Shown: positions 1 through 10,870 of the stretch, in pieces
How the letters are laid out: each line of letters begins with the position of its first letter
How positions within the stretch are numbered: the first letter of the stretch is position 1
NCBI GenBank assembly: GCA_013239625.1
Contig: MU054187.1
Span: 19,687,929 to 19,751,928, forward strand
Direction of reading: 5' to 3'
DNA from: Lama guanicoe
Taxonomy: Eukaryota
DNA: 64,000 nucleotides
Program-made: the position numbers and the translations under genes
Notes under the pieces: generated by a model
Databases searched by the model: none
Told to the model about the DNA's origin: nothing
What the model saw: the letters and a program-made list of their open reading frames with translations, nothing else

Positions 1-754
1 AGAAAACTCTAAAATGTTTGTTGTCTAGAGCTGCTAAGTTTTTAGGTAGGGTGATTTGTTACAGACAAGATAGAGAACATTAATAACTCAATGAGAAATC
101 AAATCACCCATCAAAATTACTGTGTCTACATGCCTTCCTGAAACACGATACACAGTAAATCTCAGATAAATTATAGAAACGGTGTCTGAGTTCATTGGAT
201 TTCTTCTTTCTTTTCCTACTTTTAAAATTTATACCCTTTATTCAATACTGTACGGTCCTAATAATCATTGTCATGACTTTTTCTTTTATCTCTTTCTCTC
301 TTAGCTGTAAACCTTTTTATTGAGAGGAAGCATATTTAGCTGCTTTAAACATTTTTTTTTCTTCTCAGTGGCTAACATACCAATGGCATGACCAGGAAGT
401 AGAGGATGACAATGTTAAGACTTTAAAGTGATGACAATGTTTCTGCTATATTTCTGTGCCCATAAGAGAGCCCTGATTTCAGTATTTTCTCTCAAACTCC
501 TTAAAGTTACCATGACTTTAGCACCTAAAAAGGTTTGCAATATAGAGAAAAAAACTGAACTTCTAGATTTTGCCTATGACAGACATTTGTCACATTAACT
601 TCCCAGCATCCAAACACTCCTCTTACTATAAAGGAATCCAAATATTTCCTGTTCACTGCTCCCTGCAAGCTTAAGCTTAGGCCAACAACTTGAGCTCAGC
701 AAGCAAATACTCTTGCCCAGGATTTGTAATCTGGAGCCCAATGGGGCAAAGATA

Positions 755-1620
755 CCCAAAGCTCAGAGAGTCAGGACTGAGGTTACCATGAGGATCTGAA
801 GCAATGACTCCTAACCCAAAACCTAATCCTAACCCTAACCCTAAACCCTAACCCAAACCCTAACGCTAAACCCTAACCCCAACACCAAACCTAACCCTAA
901 CCCTACCCCAAAGCTCAGAGAGTCAGGACTGAGGCTACAGGTAGCATCTGAAGCAATGGCTCCTAACCCCAACCCTAACCCTAACACTAACACTCACCCG
1001 AACCCTAATTTAACCACAACTCTAACCCAACCCAAACCCTAACCCTAACCCTAACCCTAACTCCTAACCCTACCCTAACCCCTAACCGTAACCTCTAACC
1101 CTAACCCCACCCTAACACTAAACCCTAACCCCAACCCTAAACCCTAAACCCAACCTCTACCCTAACCCTAACCCAAACCCTAACCCTACCCTAACCCCTA
1201 ACCGTAACCCCTAACCCTAACCCCAACCCTAACCTAACCCTAACACTCACCCGAACCCTAATTTAACCACAACTCTAACCCCAACCCAAACCCAACCATA
1301 GCCCTAACCCTACCCTAACCCTAACCGTAACCTCTAACCCTAACCCTAACCCCACCCTAACACTAAACACTAACCCCAACCCTAAACCCTAAATCCAACC
1401 TCTACCCTAACCCTAACCCAAGCCCTAACCCTACCCTAACCCCTAACCCTAACCGTAACCCCTAACCCTAACCCCAACCATAACACTAAACCCTAACCCT
1501 AACCATAACCTCAAACCTAACCCTAAACCTAACCCTAACTCTAAACCCTAACCCTAACCCAAAACTCAGAGAGTCAGGACTGAGGCTACAGGTAGCATCT
1601 GAAGCAATGGCTCCTAACCC
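755..1620 (+). repeat. 63-bp non-telomeric direct repeat, 3 copies (755-817, 907-969, 1558-1620)
   Basis: cccaaa(g/a)ctcagagagtcaggactgagg...atctgaagcaatg(a/g)ctcctaaccc occurs three times. Confidence 0.97.
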
Positions 1621-1957
1621 CAACCCTAACCCTAACCCCAACCCTATATTAACCCCAACTCTAACCCAACCCTAACCCTAACTCTAACCCCAACTCTAAC
1701 CCCAACCCTAACCCTAACTCTAACCCTAACACCAACCCTAACCCCAACCCTAATCCTAACCCCAAACCTAACCCCAACCCTAACCTTAACCCTAATCCTA
1801 ACCCCAACCCTACTTTAACCCCAACTCTAACCCCAACCCTAATTCTAACCTTAACCCCAACCTTAGGCCTAAACCCTACCCTAATCCTAACCCTAACCTT
1901 AATCCGAACCCTAACCCTAACACCAACCCTAACCTCAACCCTAACCCTAACCCTAAC
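811..1957 (+). repeat. Interstitial telomeric sequence, degenerate (CCCTAA)n in three blocks (~811-906, ~962-1557, ~1614-1957)
   Basis: Directly visible CCCTAA hexamers and variants (CCCCAA, CTCTAA, CCGTAA, CACTAA, CCTAAA), all in one orientation. Confidence 0.97.
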
Positions 1958-2158
1958 TAGCTCTCCTGGTTTTCTCCCTGGTTCCTGCCTGAGTCCTGCT
2001 CTTGGGGCTCCTGAGCTGCCTGACACCCTCCAAATACATTCCTGTTCAGCTTAAATTAAGTACACTCAATTTGTGAATCTAAAGTCAAAACTTTTATCTA
2101 GTATATTGACTCCAACCTACGTTTCATTTTTATCACATGAAATTGAAATAGGAAATAC

Positions 2159-2292
2159 CTGTGAGATGGATACTTATCCTTTATGGAAGAGATAAGCATT
2201 TTTTCAACTTTTTGGTCAGTAGCAGTTACCAAATCAACTGGGGAACTTTTAATCATAATATTCCTCTCATTTTTTAGAGCTTCACGAATCAC
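2159..2292 (-). CDS. IMPA1: Inositol monophosphatase 1, coding exon 2 (gene exon 3, 134 bp)
   Basis: Encodes VIREALKNERNIMIKSSPVDLVTATDQKVEKMLISSIKDKYPSH; ttttag acceptor at 2293-2294, gtattt donor at 2157-2158; later exons lie left of the window. Confidence 0.97.
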
Positions 2293-2667
2293 CTAAAAAG
2301 AGTTTTGGTGAGCAAAGAGAAAAAGCATAAGTCATTGTAAATCAAAATAAAAGAGGAACTAAAGAAATGGTTTGAAACATTCAACCCCTCTTAAATGATA
2401 TTCTTAAATATTTCTGACCATCATGTATATAAATAAACCCATAGTGGTTATGATCTCAGTATTAAATCACAGAGTCTTACATCCTATTTTAGATTCACAA
2501 CTGTCATCACAAAAAGTTTAATGACATAAAATGGAAGTATTCACTCCATTAAAGTTTGGCAAAGTGGAAAAAAATACAGATTAATTAAAATACATGTTTT
2601 ATGTAACAAGGCAACCACACACTGTCCACATCCATCACATCATGGCTGACAAGATGTCAGTTCATAC

Positions 2668-2730
2668 CTCTCCTGCTTTTCTCGCGAGGGTTACTGCATA
2701 ATCCATGCATTCCTGCCAAGGATCGGCCAT
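2668..2730 (-). CDS. IMPA1: Inositol monophosphatase 1, first coding exon (63 bp)
   Basis: Reverse complement reads MADPWQECMDYAVTLARKAGE then gtatga donor; phase 0 matches the next exon. Confidence 0.97.
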
Positions 2731-4139
2731 CTGTTGAATGGATTTAACGCATATAAAGCCAAAACAGTTACCAATCTCTCAAAGTCTTAATTATACAATA
2801 GTTACTTCACAAAATCATCTCAATTTGCAAAACACTCACTCAGGATTCACCCTTTCTCATTCTAGAGTTCAACTGTTTTCAATATTCACTCATAGGTCCA
2901 TGAAGAAACATTTTTTAACTAAATTACTTCACTTCTTTGTAGAAATATTTCCATAACAAAAAGGACTGTATAAAAGTGTCTCCCAAAGTGCCCATAAGAT
3001 ATCACATTTTAAAAAACAATAGTTTGGAGAATGGAGGCGAAAGGACATGAGAAATATTTTAAAAGATGGGTGCATGTTTGGATTAAGAATAAAGTAAAAA
3101 TTAGAGAGAGAACACGGGTAACACAGCCCTCAGTACCTGCAGTTTTGGCCATCTGTGGATTCAAACGATCATGGATGGAAATTAAAGAAGCTCTGAAGGG
3201 AAGGAGCAGAAGCACAGGTACTAACTGAAGGTCAGGTAGTTCGGTGTTTATACGTGTGACTTTATTTTTAATGAGGTTGTAAAGATGAAGAACTTAAAGC
3301 CCAGCGATTTGAGCAGATAATACTCAGAATTCAAACTCAATTCTGGATCTAAAGTCCCCTGATCTTTCTATCAGAACATTCCGAGGCAAGAAAATTCCGG
3401 GACTTCAAAAAAAAAAAATAAAGCAAAAAAGAAATTTATTCCTCCAAGTTTCAGAGAGGGAAAAAAAAACAAGCTATTTTTGTCCTCTGAACTGTCCAGT
3501 TTTCCACTGACTTCTGAAGAGAAGACTGAAATAACTCACCACTGGCTTGACCACACTCTAAAATCTGTACCTAAGACAGTGACACTTTTTAAGCTGTCAG
3601 ACTCCAGAAAAATGTGGCATCATTTATAAAGCAACTCTAATTTTGTCCTTTTATAGCTGAGAATAACTGACGCGGAGATTCCCCTTGAAGACCGGGTTGC
3701 AAATCACAATCACGGCGCCCAAAGTATAGGAAGGGGGAGGGAAGGGGAAAGGGGGAAAGGAAAGGGAGGGCAAAGGACAGATACCTGGAGCTGTTTCTGC
3801 CAGTCACTTCTTCCTGATATAAGCGTTTAAATCATTTAAAAAGGCAGCCACTTTTCGAGCTATTGAAGTAACTGCTTAGAGCATTTCAAGAATTGTTTCC
3901 AAACTCTTTTTTGTTTGTTTGTTTCATTCTTACTCACTCCCATTTCTCTCTTCTAGGGCTTAACAGAATTAGGTGTTCTCACAATGAATCTGCTTTCTAG
4001 CCAGAAACTTTGCTTAGGCCCCTCATCCCTCCCTGTTCTAACAGCGCTGATATATTATCACTCCTACCAATTCTTCCAGGCTCATTTCAAAAGCCACCCT
4101 TTCGTCCAAGGGGTCTCCACCCAGAAGTCATAATTTGTT

Positions 4140-5030
4140 TAACCATTCGAGAGCTGTGTGCCAAATACCTATTATACGTGCACTGCATCATGGTGAAGAA
4201 AGACACGCCAGGTTGACATTTACTCTCCAATGGGGAGACAGATACTAATATAAAAAAAGATCACAGACTACCTGCAAAATCACACATTTAATAAAGGCTA
4301 AGTAGGAAAGTGCATTGAGAAGCATGTAACAGGGGACCTCTGACCTGGTTTTAGATATTAGACCTGGTTTCCCTAGGGACATCATTCAACCAAGCTCTGA
4401 TGGACAAGTGAATGGTATTAACTAAATCAACTGCAGGACTCCTGGTATGTGCAGAGTAACTGAAAGGCCCAATTGTGACAGTTCAAAGATCAAGGCAAAC
4501 GGGGAGGGATGAGGCTGGGGAGATAGAGGGATCATCCCATGCAGGGCCTTAGAGGTAAGGTTTCAATTCAAGAGCCATGAGATTATCGTGACATCCCGGC
4601 TATTGAACAGAATGGACTGGAGGGTGGAGGGAAGAGTGGAGAGTGGGCTGTTTGCTTTGGGGGGTAACGTTGAGGGGAGGTTAGTATTAGATTGGGTTTG
4701 GGGTAAGAGGGAGAGGAAGAGTTTAATGATGCCAGATTTCCCAGTTTGGCAACTGAATGGATAATGGTGACATTGACTAAAATAGGGAGCAACAGAAAGG
4801 CGTCAAATTTGGGATTTGGACAGGAGGTGGGGAGATCAAGAGTTTAACTAGTAGAGGATGAGGAGGAGCCTTTGTGAAACCACAAGGAGATGTCAATTAG
4901 GCAGCTGAATATATGGATCCTGAGCTCAGAGGAGAGGTACGGCGAGCAGATAGAAATATGTAAGTCATCTGAGTAGGTACAATCTAGTCCTAGGTTTGAA
5001 TGACACTCCTTAGGAGGGAACATGCCCAGA
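4140..5030 (-). mobile_element. LINE-2 fragment
   Basis: Degenerate L2-like motifs (tggaagatgtcaattaggcagctgaatatatgg-type and gatgccagatttcccagtttggcaactgaatgg segments); ends approximate. Confidence 0.55.
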
Positions 5031-5299
5031 GCAGCTCGGAGGGTATTTAAGCCTGAAAGACCCTATAAAACTTTGTACATTTCTCTCAGGGCCTCAGAAC
5101 TATCTTCCTTCCACTTTGGTCATTTGTGTGCACGCCTTATATTCCCAACCAGCTTTGAGTATCACGTCCTTAAGGAAGGGAGCATATTTTGTCCACCTTC
5201 ACTATCTCAAAGACAAACATCTGCAACATTTACAACTGTTTCTGTCCTGGTCACTGCGGTGGGAGCCATGCCACCTTCCTGTCATCTGTCCCCAGCAGC

Positions 5300-5925
5300 A
5301 CGACTGCGGACAGCGCGGGATCGGGGGCTCACACAGGGACTACGTGCCCCTGGAAATATGCCAGGTCTTTCTGAGCTTCTTTGGAGTCGGTAAAATGAAA
5401 AAGAGGAAATTATCCTACATAAGCTGCCGCAAAGGTTCTGCGAGATCGCGCGGGCGAGACCCCTGCACAACGTAGGGGCCGGTTCTGGTGCCACCGGGCG
5501 GGCGGCTCAGGACAGCACTGCAGGGGGGAAAGCGCCCCAACTGCGGCCTGGGTCCCCGGGCGCCGACCCCGCCCCGCCGCCCGCGCCCCCCCACCCCGAC
5601 CCATCCCGGAGGGCCGCCCGGGGCCGCCCCGCGCCCACAGCGCCCGCCGAGCCTACCCGAGGGTCGGTGCGGGGTCGCAGAAGGCAGGTCTCACCTCGGG
5701 TTGGAGGGCGTGGGAGTCACAACGGCACCGGCCGAATCCCAGGCTGTGCTCTTCCGCAGAAGAGTGAGAGGAGGTTGAAGGGTAAAGCCTCCGACAGGAA
5801 GTCCCGCCCCTGCGGCCCGCCCACGGGGCGTGGCTTCTCCTGACCCCGCCCGGCGACAGAGCACCACCCCGACCCCGACCCCAGGCTGCCCGCGCTGGGG
5901 CTTGCTTCCTGACCTGCCCCGCCCT
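5300..5925 (-). promoter_or_regulatory. IMPA1: CpG-island promoter of IMPA1
   Basis: High GC/CpG density; ETS-type CAGGAAGT at 5795-5802 adjacent to GC box 5803-5810, further GC boxes to ~5925. Confidence 0.85.
5695..5800 (-). other. IMPA1: Probable non-coding first exon of IMPA1
   Basis: Strong donor GAG|gtgaga at 5695/5694 inside the CpG island, just downstream of ETS and GC boxes; 5' end approximate. Confidence 0.7.
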
Positions 5926-6145
5926 GACCAGACCTTTGAGTTCTGGCCTCTTTTTTTTCAGCCTCTGGTTCTTCTAATCTCTTTATCCTACCTGTGCATT
6001 CTTCTATAATTTTTTTAAAAATTTCCTCTCCTCTATTTTGTCTGTCCCTTTTGTCTTCTCCTCATTTTCTTATTTACCTTTCTTTCTCCCTCCCTTTCAT
6101 TTGCTAAACCCATGCTGCGTAAACCTACGCTACATATATACATGA

Positions 6146-6656
6146 TATAGGGATTCTTAAGGGAGCCGTCCGCAAATGTTCCACTTTTTGCGTGAGGATT
6201 ATTTTGAGCTAAAGGGAGTTGAGACCCCGTGAGTGTAAGAGAAACTACTGTTCCAACCTGAACTACTTGGATTTAAATTGGGGATTTTTCTCAGAAAATG
6301 TGAGTTATTACTGGAGATAAATTTTATTTAAGGGACCCCGTCTGTATGGTAGAGTAAATAATTACCAAACATCTACTTTTCTTCTTCTTGTTCATGGAGT
6401 GACCCTCCTGGCCTTGGAAGCCCCAGGCCCTTATCCCATTCCTTAGCTCAGGATGGCATATAGTCCTCTTTTTAATTTTCTGCCTCTGATCTTCTTTATG
6501 CATGTGGGGTCTCTGACTTTCATGTGTATAAGAGTTTCATATATACAAAATTAAATTTCATTTTCTCCTGTTAATCTGTCACATATCAATTTAATTCTTA
6601 CACCAGCCATAAAACCTGGAAGGTTTCCTAGAGGAAAGTTTTCTTCCTCCCCAGCA
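6146..6656 (+). mobile_element. Solo ERV1-class LTR (MER34/MER39-like)
   Basis: Begins tataggg...gaggattattttgagctaaagg, ends ttttcttcctccccagca; flanked by atga/atgt (degenerate 4-bp TSD). Confidence 0.65.
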
Positions 6657-6677
6657 ATGTACACTACAGTGAACCTG

Positions 6678-6680
6678 TGA

Positions 6681-6712
<32 letters not shown>

Positions 6713-6718
6713 TAGATA
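6678..6718 (+). repeat. (GATA)n/(GACA)n microsatellite
   Basis: Directly visible. Confidence 0.9.
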
Positions 6719-6754
6719 TTTGTTACCTCGAACCAACTGCCCTATTCATTTGGT

Positions 6755-6960
6755 TGCCATTTATTGAGGACTTACCACGTTTCAGGCACTTGTGTTTTCA
6801 TAGGCATCATTGTACTTAAAACATTGCTACAGTTCCATGAGAAGGTATGATCGGTTTCATCATATGGACAAGGAAACTGAGGCTTAAAGAAGTTATTTGT
6901 CCTCAGGCCACACAGCAAGAGCAGAGAGCAGAACACACTGGCTCCAAAGTCCACACTGAG
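6755..6960 (-). mobile_element. MIR SINE
   Basis: atttattgaggacttacc...aggaaactgaggcttaaagaagtt MIR core. Confidence 0.65.
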
Positions 6961-8832
6961 AGAACACATGGCACGATGAGGCTGCATCGCATGAGATACA
7001 AGGACTAGTCTATGGTCCTTAAAATGTGTACTCTTCTTGAAATAACACGTCTGGCATCATAGTGTATATAGTCTTACTATTATAATCCAAAAGGCATTGC
7101 ACAGACAAAAGATGTCCCAACCACAGCAGGCCCAAGGAATCAGGTTATTTGGCTCCTCGTATTTGCAGTGATTGCTTCTCTTAGTTTGCTCAGAAGATGG
7201 GGTGTCGTCACCAGTGTGTTACAAATGAAAGCCTTCTCTAGGATCGATGACATCAACTGTAGGGCCAGTTCTCAGACCTCACAATCAGCCAGAACTTTGT
7301 CTCCATTCTTCTAAAGAATGATACCATTGAGTTTCTGATTTGAACACCTTGATTTTTCTAGCAAAAGATGCTTTTGATTTCTTGATTTATAAAAAGTCAG
7401 AAATTAGCTTTTTGGTTCTTCATTGTCTGTCACTTTAAAATAAAAATCTTGCCAATTACATGGTGACAAGTGTTGATTTTTAACCAAATAGAAATTTCCA
7501 GGCATTTGCAGAAATGTCATCAGAGTCCTCCTTAAACCTCTAAATAAACATGGTCCCACTTCTTTGGCAAAGCTGCTAAAATCAGGCAAACCTGCTAAAA
7601 TCAGTGTAAGCAAATTGAAGTAAGACAGATAGAAGATCAAATATCTCATTCCTTCCAATTAAAACCATTTCAAACTTCCTACCTCAAATGAGCAAGAAGT
7701 ACAATCTTTTTCTAGGGGCCTCAGCTGCCACCCTATAATTGTCCTTCAGTAACTCGTTGTTTTTTCAGTCCGAGGAGGTCGTTCTGCTTTCAAATGCGTA
7801 ACTGAAAGTAAAATGAAGAATCCTCTAGTGCACTGGGCGGTCTAGTGCTCAGATCTGGTTTTGGCAGTGCTGCAGACTGGTTGTGAGTGGTTTCGGTGGC
7901 TGCAAAGACCTCGGTTCCTGGTGCATTGCTCTTGGCTTTCCAGAGGGGCAGTTTTAAAAGCTACAGTCACATCTGCAGCCATTGTTCCCAACCACAAAGT
8001 TCAGATCCTTTGGTTGGGGGTTACGGAGGGGTCAGGTTCCAGCCTCAGCCACACACTATACTAGGACAAAATCTGCTCCCTGGTGTGGTGTCCATGTCAC
8101 AATTCCAGACTTCCCTGATACAATGGTGAGTACACTCTTGAGGGCCTTTGATATCCTTTCCTACGAGCTGACTTCCATCCATGAGAGAGGTTTCAATTAT
8201 GCTAAACCTCAAGATGGAAGTGAGGTGAGACCCAGTGCCCCTGACACCTCCCCAGACATGACTGTTCATGGAGGGGGTTCTGGAAGGATGGCCTTTGTTA
8301 AGCCACTGAGTACTCTGGTTATCACCTGCATGAGTGGTAGATTTGTCTAACTGCCTTGTCTTTGCATAATAAAGAGCAACCACCATGGTGATTCCTTCCC
8401 CAGCAATGTTGGGTATCTTTTAACTCTATTTAGTCTCTGGAGCTGACTTATTTTAAATGGCAACTCCTTTCACTAAAAAAAAAATAAATAAATAATAATA
8501 ATAGTAAAATTCAGACTCCGCATACCAAGACTTTCTTAGTTAATAGTTCATTGTTTTGTGGACTTTGATTTAAAAATGACAGAAATTTACAAACACAAAG
8601 CACTGGTCCTCATGGGTGGAATCTTCAGGATACCCTACGCAATTTTAGGTTTTGACGTAACATAGGCTGGAATTGCAGATAGAGTTTTTAATTTTGGAAC
8701 AATGTACCATAGAATCATCTCTCTTAAGAGTTGGAAAGAAACTTTATTACAAAAAAACAAAAAACTGGCTAGCAATAGAAGGCTACTCTACCTCTGGATC
8801 TCTTGTCTGACCAATCATGGCTGTGTAAAGTG

Positions 8833-9414
8833 TGTGAAAGGAAAATCAAAATGATGCTGGTGTTGCTAAGAGTCTCTAAAATGAAGCTGGGAGGCCATTG
8901 AAGAAGTATGATTTATGCATGTCTTAGCCTAGATGAAATCTGACCTTTTGACCACTTATTCTCTTAACACATGCATCCAGAACACCTGCCCAGTGTTCCA
9001 GAAACTCAAGACACTTATGGGACACTTACCCTAAAATAACTCATGACAACCTGCCCCATAAGGACAAATATTTCCATCGGGATCAATGACAATTCTGGAA
9101 CAAACTTGTGGATTTTGCCTGAATAAGCCCCTGACTCTTTCTCTCCCCTGGGACACTGTTTCAGTTTTACCCAAATCTGTGTCTCCTAAATTGCAATTCT
9201 TTTTTTTGTATTTTTTTAACTTTATTTTGGGGGGGGTGTAATTAGTTTCATTGATTTATTTCAATGGAGGGACTAGGGACTGAACCCAGGACCTCATGCA
9301 TGCTGAGCACGTGCTCTACCACTGAGCTATACTCTCCCCTCTGAATTGCAGTTCTTAAGACCTCAAAGAAAGCTCTTTGTTCTTTGCAGTCTTGATACTG
9401 ATTCTTGTTGGACA
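8833..9414 (+). mobile_element. Solo ERV LTR interrupted by a SINE
   Basis: TG...CA ends (tgtgaaaggaaaatcaaaatg ... gttggaca), LTR-like TATA/polyA region; SINE nested at 9201-9339. Confidence 0.55.
9201..9339 (-). mobile_element. tRNA-derived SINE (camelid Vic-1-like)
   Basis: Reverse of ggggagagtatagctcagtggtagagcacgtgctcagcatgcatgaggtcctgggttca; A-rich tail; TSD aattgca(a/g)ttctt. Confidence 0.85.
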
Positions 9415-9654
9415 AATGGTTGGTATGAACTCAAGCAGTTAGGCAGACTGCTTTAATGCCTCTCATTCTTAGAGAATAAGTAAATAAATAGCTTGAATAA
9501 CAGCATCCCCATTTAAATTAGACAAATTTTACTATGTAAAAATTGCAGCCTTCCATGGTACATCTATAAGATAAATAAAATGTATTCTGAGTTCCATTCA
9601 TATACATCCACCTGCTTTTAAGGTGCAAGATCAAAGATGCATAGAGTAACCATA

Positions 9655-9870
9655 ATTATTATAGAGCTTACTATGTGTCAGGCATTATTCTGAGGACCTT
9701 ACTAACATTAACTCATTTAATCTTCACAACAGTACCATGAAGTAGGTGCTGTCATTATCCTTGCTTTCCCCACATGAATTTCGGTGTAGAGAGAAGTAAC
9801 CTGACCAATGTCACCCAGCTGGTGACGAGCTGGAACTGCAGACCCAAGCATAATCTGGCCTCAGAGTATA
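9655..9870 (-). mobile_element. MIR SINE
   Basis: gcttactatgtgtcaggcatt...ctcatttaatcttcacaac. Confidence 0.7.
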
Positions 9871-10669
9871 TGATATTGACTTTCATAAACATTAATCATT
9901 AATTAATTCAATGTTTTATGGGCACCGATTCAGTTAAAGGTATTGGCTAAACCCTGTAATTCAGTTAAAGAATAATATGTGATCCCTGCCTTCAAGAAAC
10001 TCCTATGTTGGTTGTCACTTTAACTAGAAAGCTGTACCTGTGTGTGGTTACTCTCATTAACCTGAACCCACCACCCAGACTGTGGTGTTATGTCCTGGGG
10101 TTTTATGCTGGAACTACAGGCATGAGGAGTTGAGCGGGATCTTAAACTCAGTTGAGTCTCTTCATTTTACAGATTTGAAAACTGAAGCACAGAGCAGTGT
10201 CTTGAGCAAGACCATAAGGTTAACGATAAAGTGCAACTGGAAAGGCAGTTTCTTGTCTTTCAGTCAGTAAAATATGTTCATGAAAATGTACGTAAGTCAA
10301 ATTTATGCAAGCTTAATTATATTTTAAACCCCTAAGTGGAGATTTCTGTTTGAGGAGTCAGTAGTAAAGCATTTCATATAGACAATTATCATTTTACAAA
10401 GTGAATAATAACCATCCATCACCATGCCAAACTAGGGCTTTGTAAATCTTGGTATTCATATACTGGATTTGGTGAAATTAAAAAAAAAAAGAATTTAGGT
10501 TGTCTTATCAGCTTGGGCAAACTCAACAAAAATCCTATGGGTAAGATGGTGAATAACACTGACAGGAAAATGTTCAAAGTTTTGGGCTCCATACAGAGTT
10601 ATCAGATTGGTATTTCAAACCAACAGCAGATAGATCAGGGTCCAAAGTTTAAACTCTGATAAAATAATT

Positions 10670-10870
10670 ATAGCAGCGAACACTTACAGAACATGTACTA
10701 TGGGACCAGGATTATGTTCTAAGGACATAGTAAATATGACCTGATTTAATTCCCACAACAATTTGATGGAGTTTACACTATTATCTCCAATTTGTAGATG
10801 AGGACAGGGGACTATAGGGACATTAAGTAAATTGCCTCCAACTACAGGCCTGGGAAACCTGGGAAGCAGA
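10670..10870 (-). mobile_element. MIR SINE
   Basis: gatttaattcccacaacaa...attatctccaatttgtagatgagga. Confidence 0.6.

Larger units (their letters stand above)
575..2085 (+). mobile_element. Old ERVL-type LTR remnant (LTR33/LTR16-like) split by the telomeric array; halves ~575-810 and ~1958-2085
   Basis: Left part (cccagcatccaaacac...ccctgcaagct...gatttgtaatctggag) and right part (ctgagctgcctgacaccctccaaatacattcctgttcagcttaaatt) resemble the 5' and 3' portions of LTR33/LTR16 consensus as recalled; family and ends approximate. Confidence 0.45.

Noticed and set aside
907..969. Captured telomerase RNA (TERC) fragment
   Set aside because: The unit is continuous with the local left flank and does not resemble TERC as I recall it
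755..1620. CRISPR-like repeat/spacer appearance
   Set aside because: Mammalian DNA; the intervening blocks are telomeric repeats of very unequal length; no cas genes
811..1957. Chromosome end or telomere-telomere fusion site
   Set aside because: Repeats run in one orientation only (no head-to-head switch), with ordinary intronic DNA on both sides inside a conserved gene block
1661..2026. 121-aa ORF with VR and GL dipeptide repeats
   Set aside because: Simple translation of TTAGGG repeats (two of three frames are open by default), GTG start, intronic; no evidence of coding function
3785..3880. Counterpart of the alternative exon giving the N-terminally extended human IMPA1 isoform
   Set aside because: Only short recalled similarity and a CAG|gtatct donor-like site; no convincing open frame to the main ATG
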